A DNA stretch of 64,000 nt from Macrostomum lignano (Eukaryota), in NCBI GenBank assembly GCA_002269645.1, contig NIVC01000925.1, positions 1 to 64,000 of the forward strand, written 5' to 3'. Positions 1 through 11,504 of this stretch are shown here, piece by piece (within the stretch, counting starts at the first letter, position 1; each line of letters opens with the position of its first letter). The position numbers and the translations under genes were made by a program. The notes under the pieces were generated by a model, which did not search any database, was not told the origin of the DNA, and saw only the letters and a list, made by a program, of their open reading frames with translations.

Positions 1-190
1 GGTGATGCTTGCTATCTGGGGGATGCTTGCTATCTGGGGATGCTTGCTATCTGGGGGATGCTTGCTATCTTGGGGATGCTTGCTATCTGGGGGATGCTTG
101 CTATCTGGGGATGCTTGCTATCTAGGAATGCTTGCTATCTGGGGATGCTTGCTATCTTAGGGATGCTGCTATCTGGGGGATGCTTGCGTC
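1..190 (+). repeat. 18-19 bp minisatellite (GGGGATGCTTGCTATCTG)n
   Basis: Direct tandem repeat; same unit at 14295-14515 and a variant at about 59980-60070. Confidence 0.95.
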
Positions 191-1049
191 TTGGGATGAT
201 TTCTTTTTGCAATGCACTTCATTGAGCAGTTTGTCTGTTGTCTTGTCAAGGATTTTTGGCTATCTTTGTCAAGGATTTTTGGCTGTCTTTGTCAAGGATT
301 TTTGGCTGTCTTTTTGTTACTTGTAGAGAACAGAGATTCTATCTAGATGTCCCCATCGGGGTGAAGATTGCTAGTATATACTAGAAATGATACTCTACTA
401 GATATAACTAGATATACTTATATATATATCATATTCTATATATATATCCAATATACTAAAAATGGTCTGTCTGTGTCTATCTATCTATCTATGTGATCGA
501 TTAGAGAAAAATGGCTGGACGGATTTTGTTCGAACTTGCACTGTTCGATCAGAAATTTTCCCGTGACTGTACATGCATCGTGGCTAAGAAATTGCTCGAT
601 GCTAAAGGCATTAAAATATTCGAAAAACATGCTTTTTTGCAAAGGTCAAGCAACTTTTCGACTTGAAATGCATTGTAAGAATGCTAGAGAAAAAACTGAC
701 TGGTTGAATTCTGATTCTGAAATAGATTGCATCATAACTGAATTGTAACCGACTTGAATTGAAAATGCAGTTTGGAAGCGTAGCACCAGACTTGATTTAA
801 ATTGCGTAACCATGCATATTGTTAACTGATACTGACTGACTGAGAAATTGATTATGTCATAACTGCTTTGTGTGATTTACTCTATGCTTGGATTTTAAAG
901 TGTTGAATTATATAAGTGCAAAATTTGATGAGAGCTAGCCTAGAGGTGAACAAACTGAACTGCTAAATGCAGCGACGATGGTTCGAATTTCATAGAGATA
1001 ATTTTTTTATTAAAGCTTTTCAACGTCAGGAAAACTAAAAGACTTTTTA

Positions 1050-2250
1050 AAAAGAAGCGTCATGTAAAAATCATAGAAGCGTCATATAAAAAATCATAGA
1101 AGCGTCATGTAAAAATCATAGAAGCGTCATGTAAAAAATCATAGAAGCGTCAATAAAAAATCATAGAAGCGTCATTTAAAAATCATAGAAACGTCATGTA
1201 AAAATCATAGAAGCGTCATGTAAAGAATCATAGAAGCGTCATGTAAAAAATCGTAAAAACGTCATATAAAATCATAGAAGCGTCATGTAAACAATCATAG
1301 AAACGTCATGTAAACAATGATAGAAGCGTCATGTAATAGAAGCGTCATGTAAAGAATCGTAGAAGCGTCATGTAAAAAATCATAGAAGCGTCATGTAAAA
1401 AATCGTAGAAGCGTCATATAAAAGAATCATTTAAAAAATCATAGAAGCATCATGTAAAAAATCATAGAAGCGTCATGTAAAGAATCGTAGAAGCGTCATG
1501 TAAAAAATCATAGAAGCGTCATGTAAACAATCATAGAAGCGTCATGTAAAAAAGTCATAGAAGCGTCATGTAAACAATCGTAGAAGCGTCATATAAAAAA
1601 TCATAGAAGCGTCATGTAAAAATCGTAAAAGCGTCATATAAAAATCATAGAAGCGTCATGTAAACAATCATAGAAAGCGTCATGTAAAAAATCATACAAG
1701 CGTCATGTAAACAATCATAGAAGCGTCATGTAAACAATCATAGAAGCGTCATGTAAAGAATCGTAGAAGCGTCATGTAAAGAATCGTAGAAGCGTCATGT
1801 AAAGAATCGTAGAAGCGTCATGTAAAAAATCATAGAAGTGTCATGTAAAAAAGTCATAATCATATAAAATCATAGAAGCGTCATTTAAAAAATCATAAGA
1901 GCGTCATGTAAAAAATCATAGAAGTGTCATGTAAAGAATCGTAGAAGCGTCATATAAAAATCATAGAAGCGTCATGTAAACAATCGTAGAAGCGTCATGT
2001 AAACAATCGTAGAAGCGTCATATAAAAATCATAGAAGCGTCATGTAATCATAAGCGTCATGTAAAAAATCATAGCGTCATGTAAAAAAGTCATAGAAATG
2101 TAAACAATCGTAGAAGCGTCATATAAAAATCATAGAAGCGTCATTTAAAAAACCATAGAAGCGTCATGTAAACAATCATAGAAGCGTCATGTAAACAATC
2201 ATAGAAGCGTCATGTAAATAAAGTAGAAATCCAAAGAAGCGTCATGTCAG
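1050..2250 (+). repeat. 22-23 bp satellite (AGAAGCGTCATGTAAAAAATCAT)n
   Basis: About 50 tandem units with variable A-tract, inside the family A unit; second copy at about 15380-16630. Confidence 0.95.
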
Positions 2251-3076
2251 ACATTGAAGGTGTCATGTAAAAATTGAATGAAGCTATAGTACAGTGCTGT
2301 GCTGGGGAGAATTACTGAGACGTCAAGGCTCACAGAGAATAACTGAGATTACAGGTGGGGGGGGTTTCTGAGATGTCAAAGCAAAAGTCAGAAGCTACTT
2401 CAAAGTTCATGTACTTTACTCAATTTTTTATTGCATTCTTTTGGCTCGCCACGGGGGGTGCTGATAGAAGCAGAGTCATGTAAAAAATAAAAGTAGCACT
2501 ACGTATACATAAAAGAAAAGTCATGTCGAAGTTAAAATATTCATTTGGGAATTGCTACAATGTCAAAGCTTGGTGGAAATCGTTATAGTGCTTGATTCTT
2601 AAGAAGGAATCACTAAAATGTCAAGGCTTAGGGGAGAAGAATTGCTGAGATTTCAAGGCTTTAGGTTGGGTTAAAGTTAGGTTTAGGTCAGGTGTGGGTT
2701 GAGGGTTATATTTTATCGGGTTTCAAGGTTAACAGAATAACAGGGATTTTTTAGATTTCAAGGTTTATGGGGCCATCGCTGACATGTTAAGGCTTACGGG
2801 GGAATAGCTGAGATGTCAAGGCTCACGGGGTATAAATGAGATTTCAAGGCTAAAGTCAGAAGCTACATGTAGTTTATTGAAAACTTTTATTACATTATTT
2901 GATGCCTCCTCAGGGGAGGGATTGCTGATAGAAAAAGCGTAATGTAAAAATAAAAGAAGCTTCATGTCGAAGTTAAGAGATTCATTTGGGAATCCCTACG
3001 ATGTCGAGGCTTGCAGGGAATCGCTATAATGCTGTAGTAGTGCTATAATGACTCAGAATTACTGAAATTTCAATGT

Positions 3077-3126
3077 TTAGGGTAAGGTTAGGGTTAGGGT
3101 TAGGGTTAGGCTAGGGTTAGGGTTAG
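3077..3126 (+). repeat. Interstitial telomere-like repeat (TTAGGG)n
   Basis: ttagggtaaggttagggttagggttagggttaggctagggttagggttag; a more degenerate tract lies at about 2660-2700. Confidence 0.9.
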
Positions 3127-3365
3127 AAGGTTAACAGATATTTTTAGATTTCCAAGGCTTATTGGGAGCATTGCTGAGATGTCAAGGGGGGAAGTTGATA
3201 TGTTAAAGCTTGTGGGGGGGGGAATTACTGACATGTCCAGGCTTACAAGGTTTGACAAGAGATTTTTTAAGATTTCAAGGATACATGTAGCTTATTAAAA
3301 AAACGTGTATTGCATTTCTTTGGCTCCCCAACGGGGGCGTAGATTGCTAGTATATAATAAAAAAT

Positions 3366-3760
3366 ATAATTAAAAGCAAAATACCCTGTCCTTAGTCTAG
3401 ACTTGGAAATCTAGAAATTTTCTATAATTGTACTATATGGCATATGGGGAGTCTAATGATTTTATTCTGGTCTAGATAGCCTTAGTATATATATAAATAT
3501 TATATTATATTATATTATAGATATTGATATATAAATATATCTGCTAATATAAATATTAGCCGATTTTTTTAATTTTTAATTTTTTAATTTTTTAATTTTT
3601 TAAATTATAAATATATTTGCTAGGCCTAATATATATATACTAAGGCTATCTAGACCAGAATAAAATCATTAGACTCCCTATATGCCATATGGGTACAATT
3701 ACAGAAAATTTCTAGATTTCCAAGTTTAGACTATGGACAGGCTATTTTGCTTTTAATTAT
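3366..3760. repeat. Foldback element: about 130-bp inverted arms around an AT-rich spacer
   Basis: Left arm ataattaaaagcaaaata...tagtatatatata; right arm tatatatatacta...tattttgcttttaattat is its near-perfect reverse complement. Copy at 17758-18154. Confidence 0.85.
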
Positions 3761-4699
3761 TTTTTGATAATTAGGCCCTATCTCATAGACTTTTGGCCAT
3801 AATAAAAATCATCAGTTAAGCATCAGTATAACAATTCGTGGATGACTTTTTCATCCAAAGTTAAAGAGTTGTTTGCAAAAAATTTTTGGCGACTCTTTTT
3901 CATATCATCATTTTCAATAGGTTAAGATTGACATGAGCTACATATATTTATAGATACCATTGACATCTAGAATGGACTTTGGAAGACACATTTTCATGGA
4001 AATAATGGTCAATCATTTGCATACTTCTTATAGTAGGAAGTCAAGAATCTTACTAAAGATTGTATACAAGTACTACTTTGATATGAAAGTAATAAAGATA
4101 TTGTTAATGGAAAGTATACCATGACAAAGCCAAAGAATAATACTCTTGCGATTTTTTTCCTTATCTTTTGTCTTAATCCCCAGATATCTAGAGATATCTG
4201 AATCTAAAAATCTATTTATAGATTTTTGTTTGTTACCACAATATTTTATGATATTTTTGTAACTGCATATATACATACAAAAATATCATAAAATATTGTG
4301 TAACAAAATCTGTAAAATAACACTTTAAACACTAAAATCTATTATGAAATAAAAAAGTTATAGACATTTTACTGCAAAAAACATGCTTTTTGCCCAAAAA
4401 TGGCACAGTTTTTAGTGTATTTGAGATAGGGAACAAACACCATTTTTTTGAAACAAAAAACTTTATAACTTTTTTATTACTTGATCAATTTTCAAAAGTT
4501 TGGTGTCATTTCACTCATAAAATACAGGGCTACAACATGACATAGTTTAAATTTGGAATTCAAAAACATTTTTTTTTCCACTTGACCCCTATTCCTATGT
4601 AGCCTATATCTCTACATATAAAAATCAAAACTGTCTGTCTGTGTGTGAACAATTTTGATTGCTTTGGACTCCCAAACCACTCAGCCAAACTACACCAAA

Positions 4700-5641
4700 C
4701 AGTGGCGGCGCAGGACCTCCAGCTGGGGGGGGGGGGGGTGGTTGGGTGGTCACCCCCCCGGCTGGGTGGTCACCCCCAGAAAAAATTATCAAAAAAATTA
4801 TCATTAAAGTTGATCTAAAATCCTTAACTCTTCAATAATTAAATGTAATTATGTAAATACTTTCAAGCACATAGTAAAAATACTTTACAGACAATCAAAT
4901 ACCTTCAGTCTTCAGATGACCCAATGATTGTCCTACAGGTTCCATCGTATGATCTTCATGCCCTCAGTTGAGGCGGTTCTATGGGCCATGGCCAGTGCTG
5001 GGCAAGTTAATCAATTTTTTTAACTCGTTAAAAGTTAAAAAGTTAATTTAATTGCTCCAAAAAAATTAACTGTAACTAGTTAATTATTTAACTTTTGCCC
5101 AAAATTTAACTTCTGAAAAGTTAAAAGTTAAAGTTAATAATTCCCTAACAGTAAAAGTGACATTTTCCTGGACATGTGTTCACTGTGTTTTTTAAATTTC
5201 AGGTCGGCGCGGCGCGGCTGTGGCCAGGTCGCGGCGCCCTGGGGAGCTTGTCAGGGAATACTCCCCTGGGAATTAGACCGGGGACCCTGGGGAGAAAAAA
5301 AGCATTTTTAACTAAATTTTTGCCATTTAAATAAGAAAATCATTCACAGAAAGCTGATTGAAACTCTGTCTATGCTTTTTTTACCACAAAACTGCTTATT
5401 TCAATGTATTATTTCAAACACAACACACGTTTGAATGGGGGGGGGGGGGTTCAGAAGACTGAAATTTCACAACGCCGAAACACCATACTTCACAAGACCG
5501 AAACTTCATAAGACCAAAATTTCACATTGTAGAAAACTTTACAATAAGGATTGTATTGCATGTAGAATTTTCGGCGTTGTGAAATTTCGGTCTTATGAAA
5601 TTAGCGACCCGTTTGAATGTTTTTTTTCACTATGAGTCTTT
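4700..5641. mobile_element. Truncated duplicate of the hAT terminus and the left part of its nested element
   Basis: Same sequence as 19101-20038 (CAGTGGCGGCGC terminus; GCCATGGC|CAGTGCTGGGC at 4993), cut at the duplication junction. Confidence 0.85.
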
Positions 5642-5767
5642 ATACAAATAAAAACAAAGTTTTTTATACAAATCTTAATAATAGGCCTGGCTTTCTTTCT
5701 AAATGGTCGAATACGAATGACAGTTACACTTTGAAAGCCAGGCAGTAAAACTTCGATTGACTTTTAG

Positions 5768-8017
5768 AAGATCTGTATATCAAAAAGTCTCCGTGCATTT
5801 CAAAAGCTCAAATGCCCACCTCAACTCTCAGGTCTCTCGTTCCTCACCTACTTTGGGCAATGTCCTACCTCATCGAAGATAGCGAGCCAAGAGCCAGCCT
5901 CCTACTCAGGGAAGATGTGCTTCATCATTTGCGACGCTGTTTAACAAGCGGAGACGACAACGAGTTAATACCTGCTCTGCGAGTGTTTGGCAATTTCGCC
6001 TCGTCCATGACTCTGCTGCCAAACTGCGTGCTGGCAGACAATCTGCTAGCCAAGATGAGACCTCTGCTTGACCATTCGGACGCCAAGGTTCGCCTGCAGG
6101 TGCTGTTCTTCACCAGCATCGCGTCGGACGGACCGGACACCTTCCTGGACCAGATCGCCGATGCTGGTTTCCTGCCTCGCGTTGGCCAAATTCTATTAGA
6201 AGCTGACGAGCGCGAGAAACGCGAAGCCTTCTGGATTGTACCGAACTTTGTCATCACTAGGGGCAACAAGTTTGTAAGCTATTTGCAAGGTTAAACGAAC
6301 ATGTTTAAACTAGCCGATTTAAATTATTATTTATTTTGCAACTAAAATATTTTATAAATTGCATAATCCCGCATCCTGCGGCTTCCACTCAATTGTACAC
6401 GAATCACGTGACACCTATCCAGGAATCCAGGAAATGGCACCTATTTACGACTCAAAGTCGCACCTATCCACCAATCACTCATCGCACCTATCCACCAATC
6501 ACTCATCGCACCTATCCACCAATCACTCATCGCACCTATCCACCAATCACTCATCGCACCTATCCACCAATCACTCATCGCACCTATCCACCAATCACTC
6601 ATCGCACCTATCCACCAATCACTCATCGCACCTATCCACCAATCACTCATCGCACCTATCCACCAATCACTCATCGCACCTATCCACCAATCACTCATCG
6701 CACCTATCCACCAATCACTCATCGCACCTATTCACCAATCGCACGTCTCACCTACTCACACTCCGTTGTCTTTCACAGAAAAATCTCGTCGTCGAGAACT
6801 GTCTGGAAGGCTTCCTGGAGACGCTGACCCTGTCGGACACCGAGCTCACCCACTGCGTGCTGCTAAGCGTTCGCGAACTTCTAATCAGCGCTGCCAGACG
6901 CAAATCCGAAGACAGCGGTCAAAGTTTCGAATCGTTGCGCAAACAAATCGAACACTGCGGCGGATTAAAAAAGATCGAATTGGTGCAGAATTTGGCCGAC
7001 AACGATTTGGCTCAGATGAGTCGACAGATTATTGACGACTTTTTCGTTCACAATGGAGCGCTTTATGAGACCAACTCCGCTGCCGGTCTGGATGAAGGAG
7101 CGAACCCTGGTTCTGAGCCAGCTGCAGATGTAGGAGAGGTGGGGGCTGAGGCTGCTGGTGAGACTGCCAATGAAGCTATCAACCAAGCTACAAATGAAGG
7201 TACCAACGAAACTACAAATGAAGGTAACAACCAAGCTACCAACCAAGCTACAAATGAAGGTACCAATGAAACTACCAATGAAGGTACTAACCAAGCTACC
7301 AACCAAGCTACAAATGAAGGTACCAACGAATCTACCAACCAAGCTACAAACGAAACTACCAACGAAGCCACAAACCAAGCTACCAACGAAGCTACCAACC
7401 AAACTACAAATGAAGGTACCAACGAAGCTACCAACGAAGCTACCAACCAAGCTACAAACGAAGGTACCAACCAAGCTACAAACGAAGGTACCAACCAAGC
7501 TACAAACGAAGGTACCAACCAAGCTACAAACGAAGGTACCAACCAAGCTACAAACGAAGGTACCAACCAAGCTACAAACGAAGGTACCAACCAAGCTACA
7601 AACGAAGGTACCAACCAAGCTACAAACGAAGGTACCAACCAAGCTACAAACGAAAGTACCAACCAAGCTACAAACGAAGGTAGCAACCAAGCTACCAACC
7701 AAGCTACCAACCAAGCTACCAACCAAGCTACAAATGAAGGTACCAACGAAGCTACCAACCAAGCTACAAACGAAGCTACCAACCAAGCTACAAACGAAGG
7801 TACCAACCAAGCTACCAATGAAGGTACCAACGAAGCTACGAACGAAACTACCAACGAAGCTACGAATCAAGCTACCAATCAAACTACCAATAAGGCTACG
7901 AATGAGGCTACCAACGAAACTGCAAATGAATTTACTAACGAAGTCGGAATGGAGACAGTAAACAGGATTGCGCAGCCAACGCTCGAGGTGGCCAATGAAA
8001 AGATTGCTAGCGAATGA
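5768..8017 (+). CDS. Importin subunit alpha-like (KPNA family ARM-repeat protein), divergent, 5'-partial; exons 5768-6273 and 6779-8017
   Basis: Translation contains importin-alpha ARM5-10 landmarks (LWAMSYL, PALRVFGN, DAGFLP, KREAFWIVPN, IEHCGGLKKIELVQ...IIDDFF). The phase-0 GT..AG intron 6274-6778 joins GNKF|KNLVV in frame. An in-frame stop lies at 5758 with an AG acceptor at 5766-5767, so the IBB and ARM1-4 exons are missing from the window. Confidence 0.8.
6458..6740 (+). repeat. 24-bp intronic minisatellite (CGCACCTATCCACCAATCACTCAT)n
   Basis: About 11-12 near-perfect units inside intron 6274-6778. Confidence 0.95.
7160..7940 (+). repeat. 12-bp-based repeat encoding TNQA/TNEG/TNET tetrapeptides
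   Basis: Units ACCAACCAAGCT / ACAAACGAAGGT, in frame with the importin-alpha last exon. Confidence 0.95.
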
Positions 8018-8349
8018 TAACGCTAAAAAATAACAAGTGACGGTTTTATTAGCCGTTGTCGTTAAAAAAGTCGCTAGCAGAGAAACAAAGCGGGGAATTA
8101 AGTTTGCATATAGGAACAATTTATTTGTTTAAATCGTTTCGCAAATAAGGCAATTCAACCAGATGAGCAAATGCAATTCTGCCAAAATCTTCATTTAAAT
8201 TTCTCTGCCCACGTAGCAATGAGCAATGTAAAAATATCTTCCGCTTTGAAATGACAAAACTATTGCAAATAAAGCTGGACTCTCCTGGCCAACTTCATTA
8301 ACCTAATAGCTGGTTATTCTCCTTGCTTGGGAATTCTTTTTATTCAAAA

Positions 8350-8577
8350 CAGGTGAGGAGCAGGGAAAGAAGGGAGAATCTAGCTAGAGGCAAGAGTGGA
8401 GAATAGATGGAGAGAGAGAGAGAGGACATAGTGGAGAGAGAGAATAAATAAGATGAGAGGGGAGAGGAGATAAAAGAAGACGAACCTTACGAACCGAACC
8501 GTACTGCTGTTGTGAAGTTCCCAAGGACCCAACGGCCGGATAGAGAGGCTTCGCTAGCCGGAGTTTGTCGACCCCCT
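8350..8577. mobile_element. Right-end fragment of a hAT (Charlie/MER58-like) MITE with GA-rich interior
   Basis: Ends ggccggat...gccggagtttgtcgacccctg, the typical Charlie-type terminus (AGTTTGCCGACCCCTG). A matching left-end type occurs at 25510. Confidence 0.45.
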
Positions 8578-8771
8578 GTTGTTCAACCTAAAAGCTGCAT
8601 GCAGAATTTTGACTAAATCGCATGTCTCTGTGACGACAGGGGGAACTGCACTTTAACTCTTCATCTTGAAATTACGAAATGATCTTTATACAGGAAATAC
8701 ATGTCCGAGCGTACATGAACATTATATTACAATTTAATTCACCCAGAGTTATATAAATGAGCCATCTCATC

Positions 8772-9905
8772 GGGAACCAGTTAATTCGGCGACAGGTTGA
8801 CTCGGCGACAGCCAATTCGGCGACAGGTTGACTCGGCGACAGCCAATTCGGCGACAGTCAGTTCGGTGTCATTTTGTCATCCATTGCGTTGAGTTTGAGT
8901 TTGCATGTTTACTCGGATTTCAAAATCAACATCGTATCGCATGTACATTACATGCACAATGAACTGCGTTCCACTCAAAAGCTCATTCACAATCGCTATC
9001 AAATGAGCTATCAAATCACACGACTGCTGTATACAAAGTATAATGAATAAAGGGAACACAAAGTTAAGTTAGCTTTTAAAATATACAAAGCGAAGATCGA
9101 AAGTAAAAATGAGCTACGTATTTTGAGTGTGCGGTCTTTGCCCGTCTTAGCATGTACATCATTTGGATTCAATCGATTGATTTTTTGTCTATTATGTGGT
9201 GATGGATATTAGCTCGTAAATGCGCGACAACTCAGAATGGGTAGAGTAGAAATTGAATTTGCAATAATTGTAACAAATGGACAGTATGGACCACTGCATT
9301 GTATGCAAGAAGACTGTCACCAATGACGCTGCCGCCATTGACTGTGATGTATGTCACAAGTGGCAAATAGAATGTAATTCCGGTAAGTATTTGTACATGT
9401 ACCACTGAAATACCAAAGTAATTTGGTGCTGGTAGAATACATGAAATACAGTTAACGTATGGTATACAATGTACATGTACAGTGATACGAGTGTCAGTTC
9501 TATTCTGTGTGCAGGCATCTCTAAAATACTCTATACTCGTCTTAAGTCTGTTGATTCATTCGACTGGAAGTGCAAGAGTGCAAGCAATGCAATCAACGAA
9601 TACAGGCAGCAAAAAGAGGTAGAAAAAAAGCAGCCCGTGTCACAGTCCCAGAAAAGTCTGCTGAGCTACACTGCTCAGCTGATGCTGCTGCTGCCCGTGT
9701 CTCTACTGCAGTGCAAGAAGAAATAATTAATGCGTTAAAATGGTTAAAACAAACCTTTATTTAAATGGCAAGGACAAATGGCAATATGTTAAATTTCGTT
9801 TTCTAGTTTCGTAGCTTTCGTAGCATTCGCCGAATTGGCTGTCGCCGAACTGACTTGTCGCCGAATTGGTTTTCGCCGAATTAGCTTGTCGCCGAATTAA
9901 CTGGA
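8772..9905 (+). mobile_element. Non-autonomous MULE-like DNA transposon carrying a decayed PHD finger
   Basis: Inverted termini CCAGTTAATTCGGCGACA / TGTCGCCGAATTAACTGG with repeated subterminal TCGGCGACA motifs. Direct flanking repeat AGCCATCTCATC at 8760-8771 and 9906-9917. The long TSD suggests Mutator; the superfamily is an inference. Confidence 0.7.
9277..9600 (+). pseudogene. Spliced PHD-finger relic inside the MULE-like element
   Basis: MDSMDHCIVCKKTVTNDAAAIDCDVCHKWQ-IECNSG | GT..AG intron 9383-9514 | ISKILYTRLKSVDSFDWKCK. The conserved His is missing and the last Cys pair is frameshifted. Confidence 0.65.
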
Positions 9906-11504
9906 AGCCATCTCATCAGTGTCCTCAGCTGCCCTACCGGCGAGGACAGGTGCAGGCTGATGTCGCGGCTCCGAGGTCGAGGCGGCACCCTGTGGACTCT
10001 GATGTATTTGTGAACTATAACAGCGTTTTTTTTGTTGCTGTCATTTGTAACATGTACTACAGTAAAAGCGAATAGTTTCAGTTAGTACTATTCCTGTGAG
10101 AATAATTCAATTGCTGCCTGATCGCCACCTTCCATCACCTCTGCTGCTGTCGCCGCCGCTGGCGGTGGTATATTTAGTATAAAGGATGTGTAGTTTATCC
10201 ACTACTTCTGTCTCTACAACAACAAAGAATGGAACACAAAAAACCGGTTTTAAATGCCTGGGGGTAATTTTTTTGGTAGCCAAAAGCCTACTGCCAAGCC
10301 AGGCCAGTAGTGGAAAGGTCGGTGCATGCATGGAGTCTCATATCAAACTGATGCGCGAGTCGAGTACGAGCTTATATTTAACTTTTCAAATTAAAGAGAG
10401 AGAGAATTCATGAAAGCTGGTCTTCGCTTGCGTTCTATTTACTGTCCTCGCCTTCTATAGGGCAAGGGGGTAGCAGTGATGCGGTTCGATCGCACGTACG
10501 TATCAAAGCTGCCACGCAGCGGGCCTGTGCCGCACTTTTAATGCGCGACCAACACGAGAGTCGATCATTTGTGCAGGCCGCGTGGCCTAAACAGCGTTGA
10601 ACGCTGAGATAGACTGCAGATTTCAATATAGAAACGATCACTGTACTAGTTCAATAAAAAGATGATCGAAAGACTGGTAAAGTTTGCATGTCCAGAAATC
10701 TTACAGTGCATTCTTCGCGCAAACCAAATTCTCAAAATTAATGATGTTAATTCAATTTCTATCCCTCGCCCAGTTGCATCAAGGACTATACTCAAGTAAG
10801 ACTGGAAACTACGTTTCTTGGAAAATTTTAGGAAGCAGGGTTTTTTCCGAAAAAATACACTACGGAGACACGGATACACTATGGAAGTTTTCTTTTCAGC
10901 ACAAAAATTGTTATTGTTTTCGATTTTCGATAGGAGGCAGACCCACGGCACATGTTTATCTTTCGATATGTTTTGCCTTTTTTCGAACACAATCAGTCTT
11001 CTGTATGGTATTTTTTGTACTGAGCTTTTTTGAATAGTTAATACCAATGAAAATAAATACCCTCAGAACGTTTCTTAAGTGATGCTTTTGTTTTAATCTC
11101 TGAACGTGTAATCTCAGTCAATCCTTGCCGCACTTTTTTAAATGAAGACCTGCTTGAATTGCGAACTATTGCGGCCTTTAACCGTAAGGCAAGATGCTTT
11201 GAGCCTGACCAGAGTAATAATGTTTGAATAAATATTGTACGTGTCTCCCTAAGTAAGGATACGCAAGACTATATTGAAGAATAAAAGCTTATATGATATT
11301 CTATATACAAAATGTAGTAGTAATTAGGCCCACTAGCTAGTACTACTATTACTATTACTAGTACTATGCCAAAAGTCATATAATAGCCCCTAATTTTTCG
11401 GCATCTACAAAATATCTAACATAGGAATCGTAGCATAACTGTAAAAACAAAAAAGGCACATTCTTTGACTGTATGCAGGAGTCTAATTACTGATAATAGT
11501 GATT

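Larger units (their letters stand above)
435..3350 (+). mobile_element. Non-autonomous Helitron-like unit, family A (in duplicated copy 1)
   Basis: Starts TC-TATATA...ATATACTAAAAATGGTCTGTCTG. Ends with a GC hairpin (CCCC-AAC-GGGG) about 10 nt before CTAG|T. No TIR or TSD. Identical layout to 14758-17742. Confidence 0.65.
1..5641 (+). repeat. Copy 1 of a near-identical duplicated block (copy 2 = 14313-20038)
   Basis: Collinear match from the window start (ggtgatgcttgctatctggggg = 14313) to the shared end ...cactatgagtcttt (5641 / 20038), after which the sequences diverge. Most differences are 1-nt shorter homopolymers and small deletions in copy 1. Confidence 0.95.

Noticed and set aside
930-995. 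Functional tRNA gene
   Set aside because: A/B-box-like motifs are present but no acceptor stem or cloverleaf can be drawn; kept only as a tRNA-like relic.
6336-8119. Overlapping ORFs 6336-6827, 6441-6722, 6965-8119, 7063-7854, 7158-7961
   Set aside because: Alternative frames or strands of tandem repeats; only the importin-alpha frame has homology support.
9910-10640. GC-rich patches with short ORFs that might be exons of an unknown gene
   Set aside because: No recognisable domain and no consistent spliced frame could be assembled by eye; RNA-seq would be needed.
10646-11300. Possible Gypsy integrase continuation or 117-133 aa ORFs
   Set aside because: No HHCC, DDE or GPY/F motifs seen; composition is AT-rich and non-coding-like.
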